DNA of 55,075 bases from a bacterium (GCA_041690355.1 JAWLHK010000007.1:183122-238196); one strand, 5' to 3'; positions 45,452-54,679 are shown, counted from the stretch's first letter. Notes: generated by a model not told the origin, from the letters alone. Made by a program: numbers and translations.

Positions 45452-46483
45452 ATGCAAGATTCACTGATCCGCATCCGGCCCCTCGGGATGCCCTGGGAGA
45501 CCCCCGATCCCTTTCTCTTCTGCGTTCACCACAACGACGCGTATCCCAAAGGGAATGCGCAACTCGCGCCCGCCGCGCCGCTGAGCGGGCGCACGCTGGG
45601 CAACGACTTCGCCGGCCGCGACGGGTGGAACATGTATCATGGGCAGACCGTCCCCGGGTTCCCCTACCACCCGCACCGTGGCTTCGAGACCGTGACCATC
45701 GTGCGGCGCGGCTATGTGGACCACTCCGACTCCCTGGGCGCGACGGCGCGCTTCGGCGGGGGCGACGTGCAGTGGCTCACGGCCGGACGCGGCATTCAGC
45801 ACAGCGAAATGTTCCCCCTGCTGCGCGAGGATCGGGAGAATCCCCTCGAGCTTTTCCAGATCTGGCTGAACCTGCCCGCGCGCGACAAACTGGTTCCGCC
45901 CCATTTTGCCATGTTGTGGAACGAGGACCTGCATCCCGTGGTCACGGCCGATCGCGAAGGGCGCGCGACGACGGTGGTCCCCATTGCGGGGCGCTTTGAA
46001 GGCGTGACGCCGCCGGCCCCGCCGCCGCACTCCTGGGCCGCCGATCCGGAACACGAGGTGGCCATCTGGACGATCCGCATGAGCGTTGGTGCCCACTGGA
46101 CACTCCCACCGGCCGGCGCAGACACACAGCGGACCCTCTACTTCTTTGCGGGCGACTCCGTGGAGCTCGACGGCCGGCGCATCGACACGCACGCGGCCCT
46201 CTGGCTGCGCCCCGACCACGCCGCAGCGCTGGTCAACGGGCCCACCGAGGCAGAATTCCTTCTGCTGCAGGGGCGCCCCCTTGCGGAACCGGTCGCGCAG
46301 CACGGCCCGTTCGTCATGAATTACCAGGGGGAGATCCGCCAGGCGTTTGTGGAGTACCAGCAGACGCAGTTCGGCGGGTGGCCCTGGTCGCGCCCCGATC
46401 CGGTGCACGCGCACGAACGGGGACGCTTCGCCATCCACGCCGACGGACGCGTGGAAGAGCGCGAAATGCCGAAGGCCGGCTGA
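45452..46483 (+). CDS. Pirin family protein
   Basis: DPFLFCVHH, GFPYHPHRGFETVT, HSDSLG, AGRGIQHSEMF, QIWLNLP, GPFVMN. Confidence 0.93.
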   Translation: MQDSLIRIRPLGMPWETPDPFLFCVHHNDAYPKGNAQLAPAAPLSGRTLGNDFAGRDGWNMYHGQTVPGFPYHPHRGFETVTIVRRGYVDHSDSLGATARFGGGDVQWLTAGRGIQHSEMFPLLREDRENPLELFQIWLNLPARDKLVPPHFAMLWNEDLHPVVTADREGRATTVVPIAGRFEGVTPPAPPPHSWAADPEHEVAIWTIRMSVGAHWTLPPAGADTQRTLYFFAGDSVELDGRRIDTHAALWLRPDHAAALVNGPTEAEFLLLQGRPLAEPVAQHGPFVMNYQGEIRQAFVEYQQTQFGGWPWSRPDPVHAHERGRFAIHADGRVEEREMPKAG

Positions 46484-46489
46484 GGCCGA

Positions 46490-47365
46490 TCAGCCCTTGC
46501 AGATCAGGACGGGGAGCGGGCTCGCGCGAAGAAGTTCGCGCGTGACGCTCCCGAGGAACATGGCGCGGAGGGGACCCGATTGGGCCGCGACGCCGATCAG
46601 GTCGGCCTTCGTGCGCCGGGCTTGCGCGAGAATGGCGTCGGAAATCTTTCCGTCGGCCGGACGGGCCTCGACCACGACCGTGCGTCCCGCGAGCTGTCTG
46701 GCCGCGACCGACAACTTCCGTTCCGCCTCTTCGAGCGCCTGCTCCCAGGCCTTATCCATATCGCCCGTGAGGGCCGGCTGTCCGAGAATCGCCTGCGGCG
46801 GGGCGGCGTGAAAGAGCTGCAGGCCGAGCGTCGGCGGCAGGTGCGCGAGCTGCGCCAGCGCCCGCGTGTCGCGCTTGCCCAGATCGTGTGCGAAGACGAG
46901 CCGCTGCGGCGCTTCGGGAATGCGCGTGGTGGGATTCGCGACGAGCACCGGCAGGGTGGCGTGGTGGACGAACGTCTCGGCGAACGACCCGAGCATCAGC
47001 CGCTTGACCCCTTTTTTCGCATGCGAGAACAGCGCGACGGCATCGGCCCCCTGTTCGCGGGCCCATGTATCGAGCCGACCCGCCGCTGCCTTCATCGACG
47101 CGCTCTCTTCTTCGACGACGGCGACGCGCCGCGGGGAGAGCGGCAAGCCGGCATCGGCCAGCGCCTTGCGCAGGAGCCCAAGCGGAAACTTTCCGAAGCG
47201 TTCTTTTTCGGGAACGTCGAACGCGGTGCTCAAGCGCGCCTCGCCGTGTCCCGCCACGTACACCACCTGCACGCCGTCCTTTCCGGCGAGCGCGGTGAGC
47301 ATGCTGTACATCGGTGCAAGGGGGAGCTGGTTGTCGAAGGGGTCGATGGCCCACACGATCTTCAT
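46490..47365 (-). CDS. Universal stress protein (tandem Usp domains)
   Basis: RLMLGSFAETFVHHATLPVLV and FLGSVTRELLRASPLPVL. Confidence 0.88.
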   Translation of the reverse strand: MKIVWAIDPFDNQLPLAPMYSMLTALAGKDGVQVVYVAGHGEARLSTAFDVPEKERFGKFPLGLLRKALADAGLPLSPRRVAVVEEESASMKAAAGRLDTWAREQGADAVALFSHAKKGVKRLMLGSFAETFVHHATLPVLVANPTTRIPEAPQRLVFAHDLGKRDTRALAQLAHLPPTLGLQLFHAAPPQAILGQPALTGDMDKAWEQALEEAERKLSVAARQLAGRTVVVEARPADGKISDAILAQARRTKADLIGVAAQSGPLRAMFLGSVTRELLRASPLPVLICKG

Positions 47366-47385
47366 GGGTACTCTCGGGCGCGGGT

Positions 47386-48191
47386 GATTCTTAATTCCTG
47401 ATTCTTAATTCTTAACCGGCAAGAGCAATACTGGTGACATTATCGCACTCTTGGAGTACGGGAAGGTCTTGTCGACTCAAGAATTAAGAATCAGGTATCA
47501 GGAATGCTCTACGGCGCGAACCCTTTGTTACAGGCCGGCGCTCAGCTGGCGCCGTAGAGCCAAGTGACATTATCGCACTCTTGAGTGCACAGCATGCGCT
47601 CTGCATCAAGAATTAAGAATCAGGAATCAGGAATGCTCCGCTGCGCCTGCCGCGCGGCGGAGACTCTCCATCCAGCGATTCAGCTGGCGCCCAATCGAGT
47701 TGGCCCGGTCCATGAGATCACTGCGCTTCTCCTCCAGGTGCCCGTACCGCTCGTTGAGGCCGATCACATACAGCATGGAGCGGAACTCGCCGGCAGATCC
47801 GCGCGCCAGTTTAAGCGAATGAAGCAGGGCCTTGGTTGAGCGCCACTCGAATCCTTCGGCAATGTTGTTCGGGATCGAGAGCCCGGCCCGGGTCAACTGT
47901 ATCCGCAGGTCTCCCTGATAATTGAAACTCCTGTCGTCACAGAGCTTGAATGCGCGATCGGCCAGTTGAATTGCGTCCTTCCAGACCGGTAAATCTTCAA
48001 ACCGTGTGTATCCCATGGCAGCCTCCAATCGGCTCACCATGCGGCAACCAGCACGGAAATGTCAACAAAAAAGCGACGCGTGTTCTGGTTCTGAAGCTCT
48101 TGCCAACTCAAGAATCAGGAATCAGGAATCAGGAATGCTCTACGGCGCGTTCGCGCTCTACAAGCCGGCGCTCAGTTGCGCGCCGTAGAGC
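47386..48191. repeat. Repeat scaffold around the four-helix-bundle gene
   Basis: 33-bp repeat TCAAGAAT(T/C)A(A/G)GAATCAGG(A/T)ATCAGGAATGCTC at 47477, 47606 and 48108, with an inverted copy at 47386-47413. GTGACATTATCGCACTCTTG at 47434 and 47564. Hairpin unit at 47506-47560 and 48137-48191. Confidence 0.9.
47627..48016 (-). CDS. Four helix bundle protein (23S rRNA IVP / Avd-like family)
   Basis: FEDLPVWKDA, LRIQLTRAGLSIPNNIAEGFE, LKLARGSAGEFRSML; GGAGG SD. Confidence 0.9.
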   Translation of the reverse strand: MGYTRFEDLPVWKDAIQLADRAFKLCDDRSFNYQGDLRIQLTRAGLSIPNNIAEGFEWRSTKALLHSLKLARGSAGEFRSMLYVIGLNERYGHLEEKRSDLMDRANSIGRQLNRWMESLRRAAGAAEHS

Positions 48192-48895
48192 AACGGTGCA
48201 CCTGTAAAGGCGTAGTCCGCGTGAAGCGTGAGCGAGAGAAACGGGAGCGGATCGATCTTCAGGCCGGCAAACGCCGAGGGGATCGAGGCCGTGAGGTCTC
48301 CGGGAGCCGCGCCGCCGAGGGGGTCGGCCATCGCCGCCTTGTAGCCGGCGCCGACATACGGCGTGACGAACGGAAAACCCTTGCTCAGCTCGGCCTGCGC
48401 GCTAACCGTCGACAGATCCGCGAAGTCGATGCCCGAGGCCTGCGTATACGCGACCCGCACGCCGAACGCGGGCAGCGCGACGCCGTCTTCGAGCCAGCCC
48501 CACTTCAGCTCTGCCCCCCACCAGGTTTCGTCGCCGTCGAGCCGCCCGCCGTAGGCGCCGCCGACATCGAAGCCGAAGGGGAGCCCCTTCACGGCGCGCA
48601 GGTACCAGCTGCTCCAGTTGGCGGGTCCGCCCACGGCCTGCCAGTCAGCGCGGCCGGAGTCGAGGGAGGCGCCCAGGTAGCCGGCCCCCACGTCGAAGCC
48701 GGTCAGGCCGTACGGGTCCGCGTAATCCACCACCGGAAACGAGAAGACCTGTCCGAGATCGCGCGCCAGATCCGCAAATTCCGCCTCGGTCAGCGGTACC
48801 TCGGGCGCCTGCAGATCGTCGGCGTGCGTGAGGGCGGGCCCTGCCGCGGCAAACCAGGCCGCGAGCGCCGCGGCGATCCGAGCCGTCTTCTTCAT
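48158..48895 (-). CDS. Putative outer-membrane beta-barrel protein
   Basis: Signal peptide; GLTGFDVG, KGLPFGFDVG, SKGFPFVTPYVGAG; alternating beta-strand pattern. Confidence 0.7.
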   Translation of the reverse strand: MKKTARIAAALAAWFAAAGPALTHADDLQAPEVPLTEAEFADLARDLGQVFSFPVVDYADPYGLTGFDVGAGYLGASLDSGRADWQAVGGPANWSSWYLRAVKGLPFGFDVGGAYGGRLDGDETWWGAELKWGWLEDGVALPAFGVRVAYTQASGIDFADLSTVSAQAELSKGFPFVTPYVGAGYKAAMADPLGGAAPGDLTASIPSAFAGLKIDPLPFLSLTLHADYAFTGAPLLYGAQLSAGL

Positions 48896-48973
48896 GAGTC
48901 CTCCGGAAACGAAAGGGGAAAGATTCATTCTAGCGATTCCGGCCGCGGGCGAAAAGGCAGCGGACGGAGAACT

Positions 48974-50227
48974 TCAGCGCGCGCCGCCCGTGACGCCGAA
49001 GCGGGCCACGTCGAGCAGGCGCCCGTCGGAGGTACGCACCTCGACCCGCCACGCCCCGCGCGGGTCGTCGGGAAAGTTGCGCTTGCGCGACCAGGTGCGG
49101 AAACCGGCTTCGCGGCCGCCCGTGATGCGGAGCGGAATGCGATCGATCTCGACGCCGTCCAGAAAGAACACGTGCTCCAGCTCGTCCTGCAGCCCGAGCG
49201 GCGCGGCCACGGCCGTGTGCAGCGCGAGCGACGGCGGCAACGACTCCATCGATTCCGCCAGCGCGGGTTCCCAGCGCAGCTCCGTGACCCGCAGCGGAAC
49301 GGCGGGGAACCACGGTTCTGCAAACCACGCGGCGAGGAACACGGCGGCGGCCACGGTCCAGCGGCCGGCGCGCGTGAGCTTGCCGAAGCCCGCGAGGAGC
49401 ACGGACATGCCGCTCAAGATGGCCGCAAGCCACCAGGAGAGGCCGAGCGAGATTCCGAACAGCGTCGGCAGGACGGCCACGAGCGCGTAGAAGAGGACGA
49501 CCGAACGCAGGCCCACCCGGGCTACCGGATGCGCGTCGGCGCGCAGGAACCAGGGGTCCCACGTCCACAGGATGGCGACGGCCAGGAGCAGCGCGATGAC
49601 GGCGGCGTGGGCGACGACGGGGGCCGCGCTCACGAGATAGAAGGGAACCAGAAACCACACGGCCGACTGGAAGGAGGACTGCGCGACCACCTGCGCGAGC
49701 GGAATCGGCCGGGTGAGCCAGCGCTCCAGGATCCACAGGGCGACCCCGGCGAGCAGGGCGAGCAGGGCCCAGCGCAGCTCATCGAAATGGGTGCGCATCT
49801 GCCAGACGGTGAACCCGCCGGCCGCCAGCGACAGGGGCGGACTCCATCGCTCGTACAGGCGGATAGCGCCGCGCGTCCACCGCTGCAGCGTTCCCGGTTC
49901 CGCAGAAGCGTCTGCCGCGTCCCCGGCCGATTCCGCCGGACGGTCTCCCAGCGTGACCACGGTGGCCCCCCAGCCGCCGCGCGACTGCGGCGCGAGAACG
50001 AACCCGGCGACGTGCGGGTCGCGCCGCAGCACGGCGTGCACGGTCTCGCGCAGGCGGCCGGTGCCTTTGCCGTGAATGATGCGCACCTCGCGGAGGCCGG
50101 CTTCCCGGGCGGCCGCCAGATACTCCGCCACGAGGTCGGCCGCGTCGCGCGGCGCGAAGGTATGCAGGTCGAGGCTGTCTTCGAGCGGCGGCCGGTGCAC
50201 CGGTTCGTCGTCGGGGGCTCCCGTCAT
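48974..50227 (-). CDS. Smr domain fused to a membrane region and a DUF2914-like domain
   Basis: LDLHTF, VRIIHGKGTGRLR, GGWGATVV; several TM helices; AVAAPLGL...ITGGREAGFRTWSRK...GAWRVEVRT. Confidence 0.75.
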   Translation of the reverse strand: MTGAPDDEPVHRPPLEDSLDLHTFAPRDAADLVAEYLAAAREAGLREVRIIHGKGTGRLRETVHAVLRRDPHVAGFVLAPQSRGGWGATVVTLGDRPAESAGDAADASAEPGTLQRWTRGAIRLYERWSPPLSLAAGGFTVWQMRTHFDELRWALLALLAGVALWILERWLTRPIPLAQVVAQSSFQSAVWFLVPFYLVSAAPVVAHAAVIALLLAVAILWTWDPWFLRADAHPVARVGLRSVVLFYALVAVLPTLFGISLGLSWWLAAILSGMSVLLAGFGKLTRAGRWTVAAAVFLAAWFAEPWFPAVPLRVTELRWEPALAESMESLPPSLALHTAVAAPLGLQDELEHVFFLDGVEIDRIPLRITGGREAGFRTWSRKRNFPDDPRGAWRVEVRTSDGRLLDVARFGVTGGAR

Positions 50228-50237
50228 GCGCGCGCGA

Positions 50238-50573
50238 TCACCAGTCGATGAAGCAGCCCGAACCCTCGAAATAGGCGGTGCGCAGGCTGTCGAACCGCAC
50301 CTTCATCCGGCCGCAGTTGCGGGCGTGCTGCAGTTTGTCGCGGGGAGCGTCGGCAATGTTGATCTTGTCGACCCCGATGTCGTCAGGCCGATCGATCAGC
50401 AGCCAGGGACCGTCGGTGCGGCCGCTTTCGTAGGGAATGTTGAAATGGGTCTCGCTCTCGTAGTTGTAGACGGCATCGCCGTCTTCGAGGTAGCGATAAT
50501 CGCCCCCGTACTTGTAGAGGCCGTACATGAGTGCGAGCAGGACAATGATGGCGCCGGCGATTTTGGGGAACAT
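50238..50573 (-). CDS. Hypothetical protein with N-terminal TM/signal sequence
   Basis: Hydrophobic N-terminus; TAGAGT ends 6 nt before the ATG. Confidence 0.6.
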   Translation of the reverse strand: MFPKIAGAIIVLLALMYGLYKYGGDYRYLEDGDAVYNYESETHFNIPYESGRTDGPWLLIDRPDDIGVDKINIADAPRDKLQHARNCGRMKVRFDSLRTAYFEGSGCFIDW

Positions 50574-50618
50574 GCGTATACTCTACCACCGGGCGCGCAC
50601 CGCGCGCATGGGTGGGGT

Positions 50619-50648
50619 GATTCCTAATTCCTGATTCCTAATTCCTGA
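50619..50648. repeat. Heptamer array (G/A)ATTCCT
   Basis: GATTCCT AATTCCT GATTCCT AATTCCT GA; same family as 47386-48136. Confidence 0.85.
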
Positions 50649-50872
50649 GAAGCAAGATCGCGGGGTTTCCGAGCCGGTATTCGGCAAGCCCAGGATCGCA
50701 GGCCGCGCAAAGTGCGGGATGCGGCGCCCTTGCCGGATCCCCCCCTCTCCCCCTCCCCCGCTCCCCCACTCCGCAGGGTGCACCGGCGTGAACAAGGTGC
50801 ACACCGGTGGCGCCTCTCGCGAACCATTGCTATCCTGTCCTTTCCACCCCGGAACACGAGGTAGCAGTCCGC

Positions 50873-51292
50873 ATGATTTCCCAGATCGACCATCTCGGCA
50901 TTGCCGTTCGCAGTCTCGACGAAGCCCTCCCCCTGTGGCGCGACGTTCTCGGCCTCAAGCATGAGGGGACCGAAACCGTACCCGACGGCATGAGCCGCGT
51001 CGCCTTTCTGAAGTGCGGCGAAGTGGCCATCGAGCTGCTCGAGCCGACCCGGCCCGACACCCCCATCGGCAAGTTCCTCGAAAAGCGCGGCGAGGGGATC
51101 CACCACATCTGCCTGCGCGTGAAGGATATCGAAGAGGCGCGCGCGAAGATGGCGGCCGGCGGCCTGCAGCTGCTCGACGAGAAGCCGCGCCCGGGCGCGC
51201 ACAACACGCTGGTCAGCTTCTTTCACCCGAAGTCGACCCGCGGCGTGCTGCTCGAAATCGCCTCGCACCCCGGCGAGTACCACCACATGTGA
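50873..51292 (+). CDS. mce: Methylmalonyl-CoA epimerase
   Basis: IDHLGIAV, IELLEP, KFLEKRGEGIHHICLRV, PRPGAHN, FFHPKSTRGVLLE. Confidence 0.92.
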   Translation: MISQIDHLGIAVRSLDEALPLWRDVLGLKHEGTETVPDGMSRVAFLKCGEVAIELLEPTRPDTPIGKFLEKRGEGIHHICLRVKDIEEARAKMAAGGLQLLDEKPRPGAHNTLVSFFHPKSTRGVLLEIASHPGEYHHM

Positions 51293-51318
51293 GCGCGGAT
51301 CTTTCCGCATCGAAATTG

Positions 51319-51350
51319 AAAAAGGCGGACCCGGAAGGGTCCGCCTTTTT
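51319..51350. terminator. Bidirectional terminator
   Basis: AAAAAGGCGGACCC-ggaa-GGGTCCGCCTTTTT between convergent genes. Confidence 0.9.
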
Positions 51351-51374
51351 GCGTTTCAGTATCCTGCCGCCGGC

Positions 51375-53222
51375 TTAGAGGAAGCCCTGCACCGCGTCGA
51401 CGATCGAGGCCAGCACCGCATTGAGCGTGCGCAGGTTGCCGAGCTGAATCGGCTGTTCGGCCGGCTTCGGCAGCAGCTTGTCGTTGGCGATGCGCGTCGG
51501 ATCGATGTAGAGCAGGCCGCCGAACGAGCCGTCCTTCCAACCGATGTACGGCGAGATGACCGAGAAGCCGTCGGCGGCAATGGTCCCTTCCCACTTGTCG
51601 CCAAAGTTGCCGCTCGAGGTCTTTTTGTACCAGGGGAAATCGGCGGAGTTCTCAGTAACCGCCTGGAAGTGATCCGCGTCCTGCGCCTTGGCGCAGATGA
51701 AGTTCTCCCCTTCGGGATCGAGCAGCGGGTTGTACGAGGCGTCGGGGCTGCACTCCCAGCTCAGGACAACGGTCGCATCGACGAGCGGCTGCAGCTCATG
51801 CGTCGTGGCTTCAGGGTATTCCGGCGGCGCCACGAAGGTATCCGGCTGCGTCCACGCCGGAAGCACGCCACGAAGCCCTGTTCCCGGATTGGCGAAGATA
51901 TAGCCGAAGTCCAGTTCCATATCCGCCTGAATCAGCGTCGTCATGGCCCCGACGAGCAGGTCACGGTTGTCGGTCACGAGCTTGAGCAGCTGATCGATCT
52001 GAGCGGCGGTGTCGGCATCGACGTCGCCGGCGACGGTGGCGATCAGGGCGTCGAAGGCCCCCGACTTGAGCAGCACAGAAGCCACGAGCGCAATCATGGG
52101 GAAGATGTCGCGCTGCAGGCTCACGCGGGCCCCCGGCACCTGCGCCAGGTTGTCGCGGAAGACCTTGATCCCCTCGACGATGTCTTCGCTGACCGGAACC
52201 TCGAGGTTGTCGAACTTATCGGTGTCGATGATCCCGACGAAGGGATTGTTCGTGAAATCGACGTTCAGGACGAGCATGTCTTCTTTTTCGCCCGTGCGGT
52301 ACTCCACGAGGAACCGCGACTGATCGCCCGTGCGCTTCTTGAGCACTTCGAGCGCTTCGACGATGGCGCCGAAGCCAAGCGAGTAGCCGTCGCCCGCCTT
52401 TTTCATGAATTCGGCCCCGTTCACGCTGTCGACAGTCAGGAACGTGGGGCTCAGGCCCATGAGAACGGCGTAGAGATTCAGCACTGTTCCGATGGGGCGA
52501 TCGCTGAAGCTGTCGAGAGGGCCGTTTTCAACGCCGGTGGCATAGCTGAGAATCTTGGTGCTGAACGAGTAGTCGATGCTCTCGACCACGTAGAGCGTGC
52601 TGAGAATCGTGTTGGTCATCGAGTAGACCAGCTGAATCTCGGCCATATCATATTTACCGCCGGCGTTCATGACGTCGATGTCGGCAATCTTGACCGGTAG
52701 TGAGCGGGTCTCCCAGCGAAAGCGGTTGCGCTTGATGATGGTTTCGAGAATCTTCTTGTTCTCCTCCATCGTAACCGTGATCGGCGACAGAAAGCCCTTG
52801 AGCGCGCTGCCGATGAGGCTCGGCGCCTGCGCTTCGATGCGGTACAGCGCGTCACGCAGCTCTTCGGGGGTCGCCTGCGGCGAAAGCGACTGCCCTTCGA
52901 GCAGCACAAGCACGGCGCCCAGCAGCGCCTGCAGCTGCTTCGTTACGTCATTGAGTGTCTTGAGCGTGCTCGCCGTCGTGTAGCAGAAAAGCGCCTGATC
53001 GACGGCCAGGTCGTTCGTCGCGGCCAGGGCCGGATTGCTCCAGACGCTCTGCCCTTCGAGCTTGGCGCGTGCGTAGTCGCCCGCTTCGAGATTGACCCGG
53101 CAACCCGATTCGTAGCCCTTGACCGTCTGCACGTTCGGGTCGACTTGAACATCGGTGCCGCAGGAGGCGACGAAAAGCGATAAAGCGACGAGGGCCGAAG
53201 CCGGACGCATGAAAGCGCGCAT
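51375..53222 (-). CDS. Large hypothetical lipoprotein
   Basis: AGGAG SD; lipobox VAS-C; codon usage typical of the genome; family not recognised. Confidence 0.7.
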   Translation of the reverse strand: MRAFMRPASALVALSLFVASCGTDVQVDPNVQTVKGYESGCRVNLEAGDYARAKLEGQSVWSNPALAATNDLAVDQALFCYTTASTLKTLNDVTKQLQALLGAVLVLLEGQSLSPQATPEELRDALYRIEAQAPSLIGSALKGFLSPITVTMEENKKILETIIKRNRFRWETRSLPVKIADIDVMNAGGKYDMAEIQLVYSMTNTILSTLYVVESIDYSFSTKILSYATGVENGPLDSFSDRPIGTVLNLYAVLMGLSPTFLTVDSVNGAEFMKKAGDGYSLGFGAIVEALEVLKKRTGDQSRFLVEYRTGEKEDMLVLNVDFTNNPFVGIIDTDKFDNLEVPVSEDIVEGIKVFRDNLAQVPGARVSLQRDIFPMIALVASVLLKSGAFDALIATVAGDVDADTAAQIDQLLKLVTDNRDLLVGAMTTLIQADMELDFGYIFANPGTGLRGVLPAWTQPDTFVAPPEYPEATTHELQPLVDATVVLSWECSPDASYNPLLDPEGENFICAKAQDADHFQAVTENSADFPWYKKTSSGNFGDKWEGTIAADGFSVISPYIGWKDGSFGGLLYIDPTRIANDKLLPKPAEQPIQLGNLRTLNAVLASIVDAVQGFL

Positions 53223-53389
53223 AGGGGACTCCTTTAGACGTAGCAGGGCCGCGTCCCGGGGCGGCTGCTGATAGGGCTATATCATAGTCGACCGCCGAAA
53301 CATCTTGCAAGCCGCATAATGTGCCGCGGCGCGTCACCCCGGTATACGGCATGGCGCACCTGGGCCGGCCTGTGGATAATGGTTGCCAG

Positions 53390-54679
53390 ATGCTCGGTAC
53401 TGCGCTCCTCTTTCTGCTCGCCGCCTTCGATCCGACCGCCAGGGACGTGCCGGCCCCCGTCGCCGACATCGTCGTGCGTGCCCAGCGCACCCGCGAAGCG
53501 GTCATCCTCAGGGAGCTCGACACCCGGCCGGGCCAGCGCTTCTCGCCCGAACGCTGGCGCAGCGACGTCCAGCGCCTCAAGGATCTGGGTATCTTCTGGA
53601 GCGTCGATACGACCGCCGAGACCCGGCCGGGGGGCGTCGTCCTCTATCTGAACGTCCGCGACAAGTGGACGCTCATCCCCTCATTCGGATTCACGGCCTC
53701 AGACGTCTTCGAGTGGTATGCCGGCCTCTACGAAGCCAACCTCTTCGGCTTTCACACCGAGCTCGGCTTTCAATTCGATCAGAAGTCCGGCGGCAACGGA
53801 TATCAGGTCTGGCACTACAACTGGCGCGTGCGCTACACCGACCTCTACTACCTGCTCGAAGCGCACGACCGGAGCACGTTTCACCCCGTCTACGATCAGG
53901 AGGCACCGGCGAACACGCTTGACGGAACGTTCGAGACGCGCAGCCGGTTTCTCTACCTCGAAGTCGGGCGGCGAATCGGCGATCCCCTGCGCCGCATCGG
54001 GCTGGTGTTTCAGCCCGGATTCTCGGATTACAGTCTGGTCGAGCGCACCGCCGAAGACCGCGCGCTGCACCGGGAAACCGGATTCCGGACCCCGCCATCC
54101 CGCTTTCTGAACCGCTACGGGGTGCGCCTGCAGTGGGGGCAGCCGCACGAAGACGACTACATCTTTCAGGGGGCCGGTCTGACGGCCCAATGGCTGACCG
54201 CGTTCCACGGCATCTTCACCCGGCATCAGTACAACCGGCTGCATGCGGATTTCCGCCATCTCTTTCAGCTCGTCGGCCGGCACAACGCCGGCTACCGCGT
54301 CGTCGTGGGCCGCACGAGCAGCACGGCCCTCGAGGACGCCTTCACCGTGGGGGGGCTGCACGAGGTGCGCGGCTTTCCTGACGAACGCTTTTACGGCCAG
54401 AACGTCTGGTATTACAACCTGGAGTACCGTTACCCGGCGCTCGACACCAGCTGGCTGCTCGGGCAGGTGGCCATCTTCAGCGACGGCGGACGCACCTGGG
54501 ACGGCGAGTGGTTTTCCTACGACGCCATCGATCCGGCCCGGCTGGCGGTCGCGACCGGCGCGGGGGTGCGACTGAAGCTCAAGCCCATTCTCAGCACGTT
54601 TCTGCGCATCGACTACGCGCTCGCGTGGCGCCCGTACCGAACGTCAGGGTTGAGCGTAGGGGTCAGTCAGTTCTTCTGA
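53390..54679 (+). CDS. Omp85/BamA-TamA family outer-membrane protein with a single POTRA domain
   Basis: RTREAVILREL...DVQRLKDLGIF (POTRA); VGGLHEVRGF, NLEYR, GAGVR, LRIDYA, C-terminal Phe. Confidence 0.85.
   Translation: MLGTALLFLLAAFDPTARDVPAPVADIVVRAQRTREAVILRELDTRPGQRFSPERWRSDVQRLKDLGIFWSVDTTAETRPGGVVLYLNVRDKWTLIPSFGFTASDVFEWYAGLYEANLFGFHTELGFQFDQKSGGNGYQVWHYNWRVRYTDLYYLLEAHDRSTFHPVYDQEAPANTLDGTFETRSRFLYLEVGRRIGDPLRRIGLVFQPGFSDYSLVERTAEDRALHRETGFRTPPSRFLNRYGVRLQWGQPHEDDYIFQGAGLTAQWLTAFHGIFTRHQYNRLHADFRHLFQLVGRHNAGYRVVVGRTSSTALEDAFTVGGLHEVRGFPDERFYGQNVWYYNLEYRYPALDTSWLLGQVAIFSDGGRTWDGEWFSYDAIDPARLAVATGAGVRLKLKPILSTFLRIDYALAWRPYRTSGLSVGVSQFF

Noticed and set aside
47477-48140. CRISPR array from three 33-bp repeats
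   Set aside because: The spacers are 96 and 469 bp, the repeat is internally heptameric, and there are no cas genes.
47506-48191. Diversity-generating retroelement (Avd-like gene plus a TR/VR-like duplicated gene end)
   Set aside because: There is no reverse transcriptase in the window, the duplicate is only about 33 nt of coding sequence, and the differences are not confined to adenines.
53371-53379. oriC suggested by a DnaA box (TGTGGATAA)
   Set aside because: It is a single box with no cluster, AT-rich unwinding element or dnaA gene; it may be chance or a lone regulatory site.
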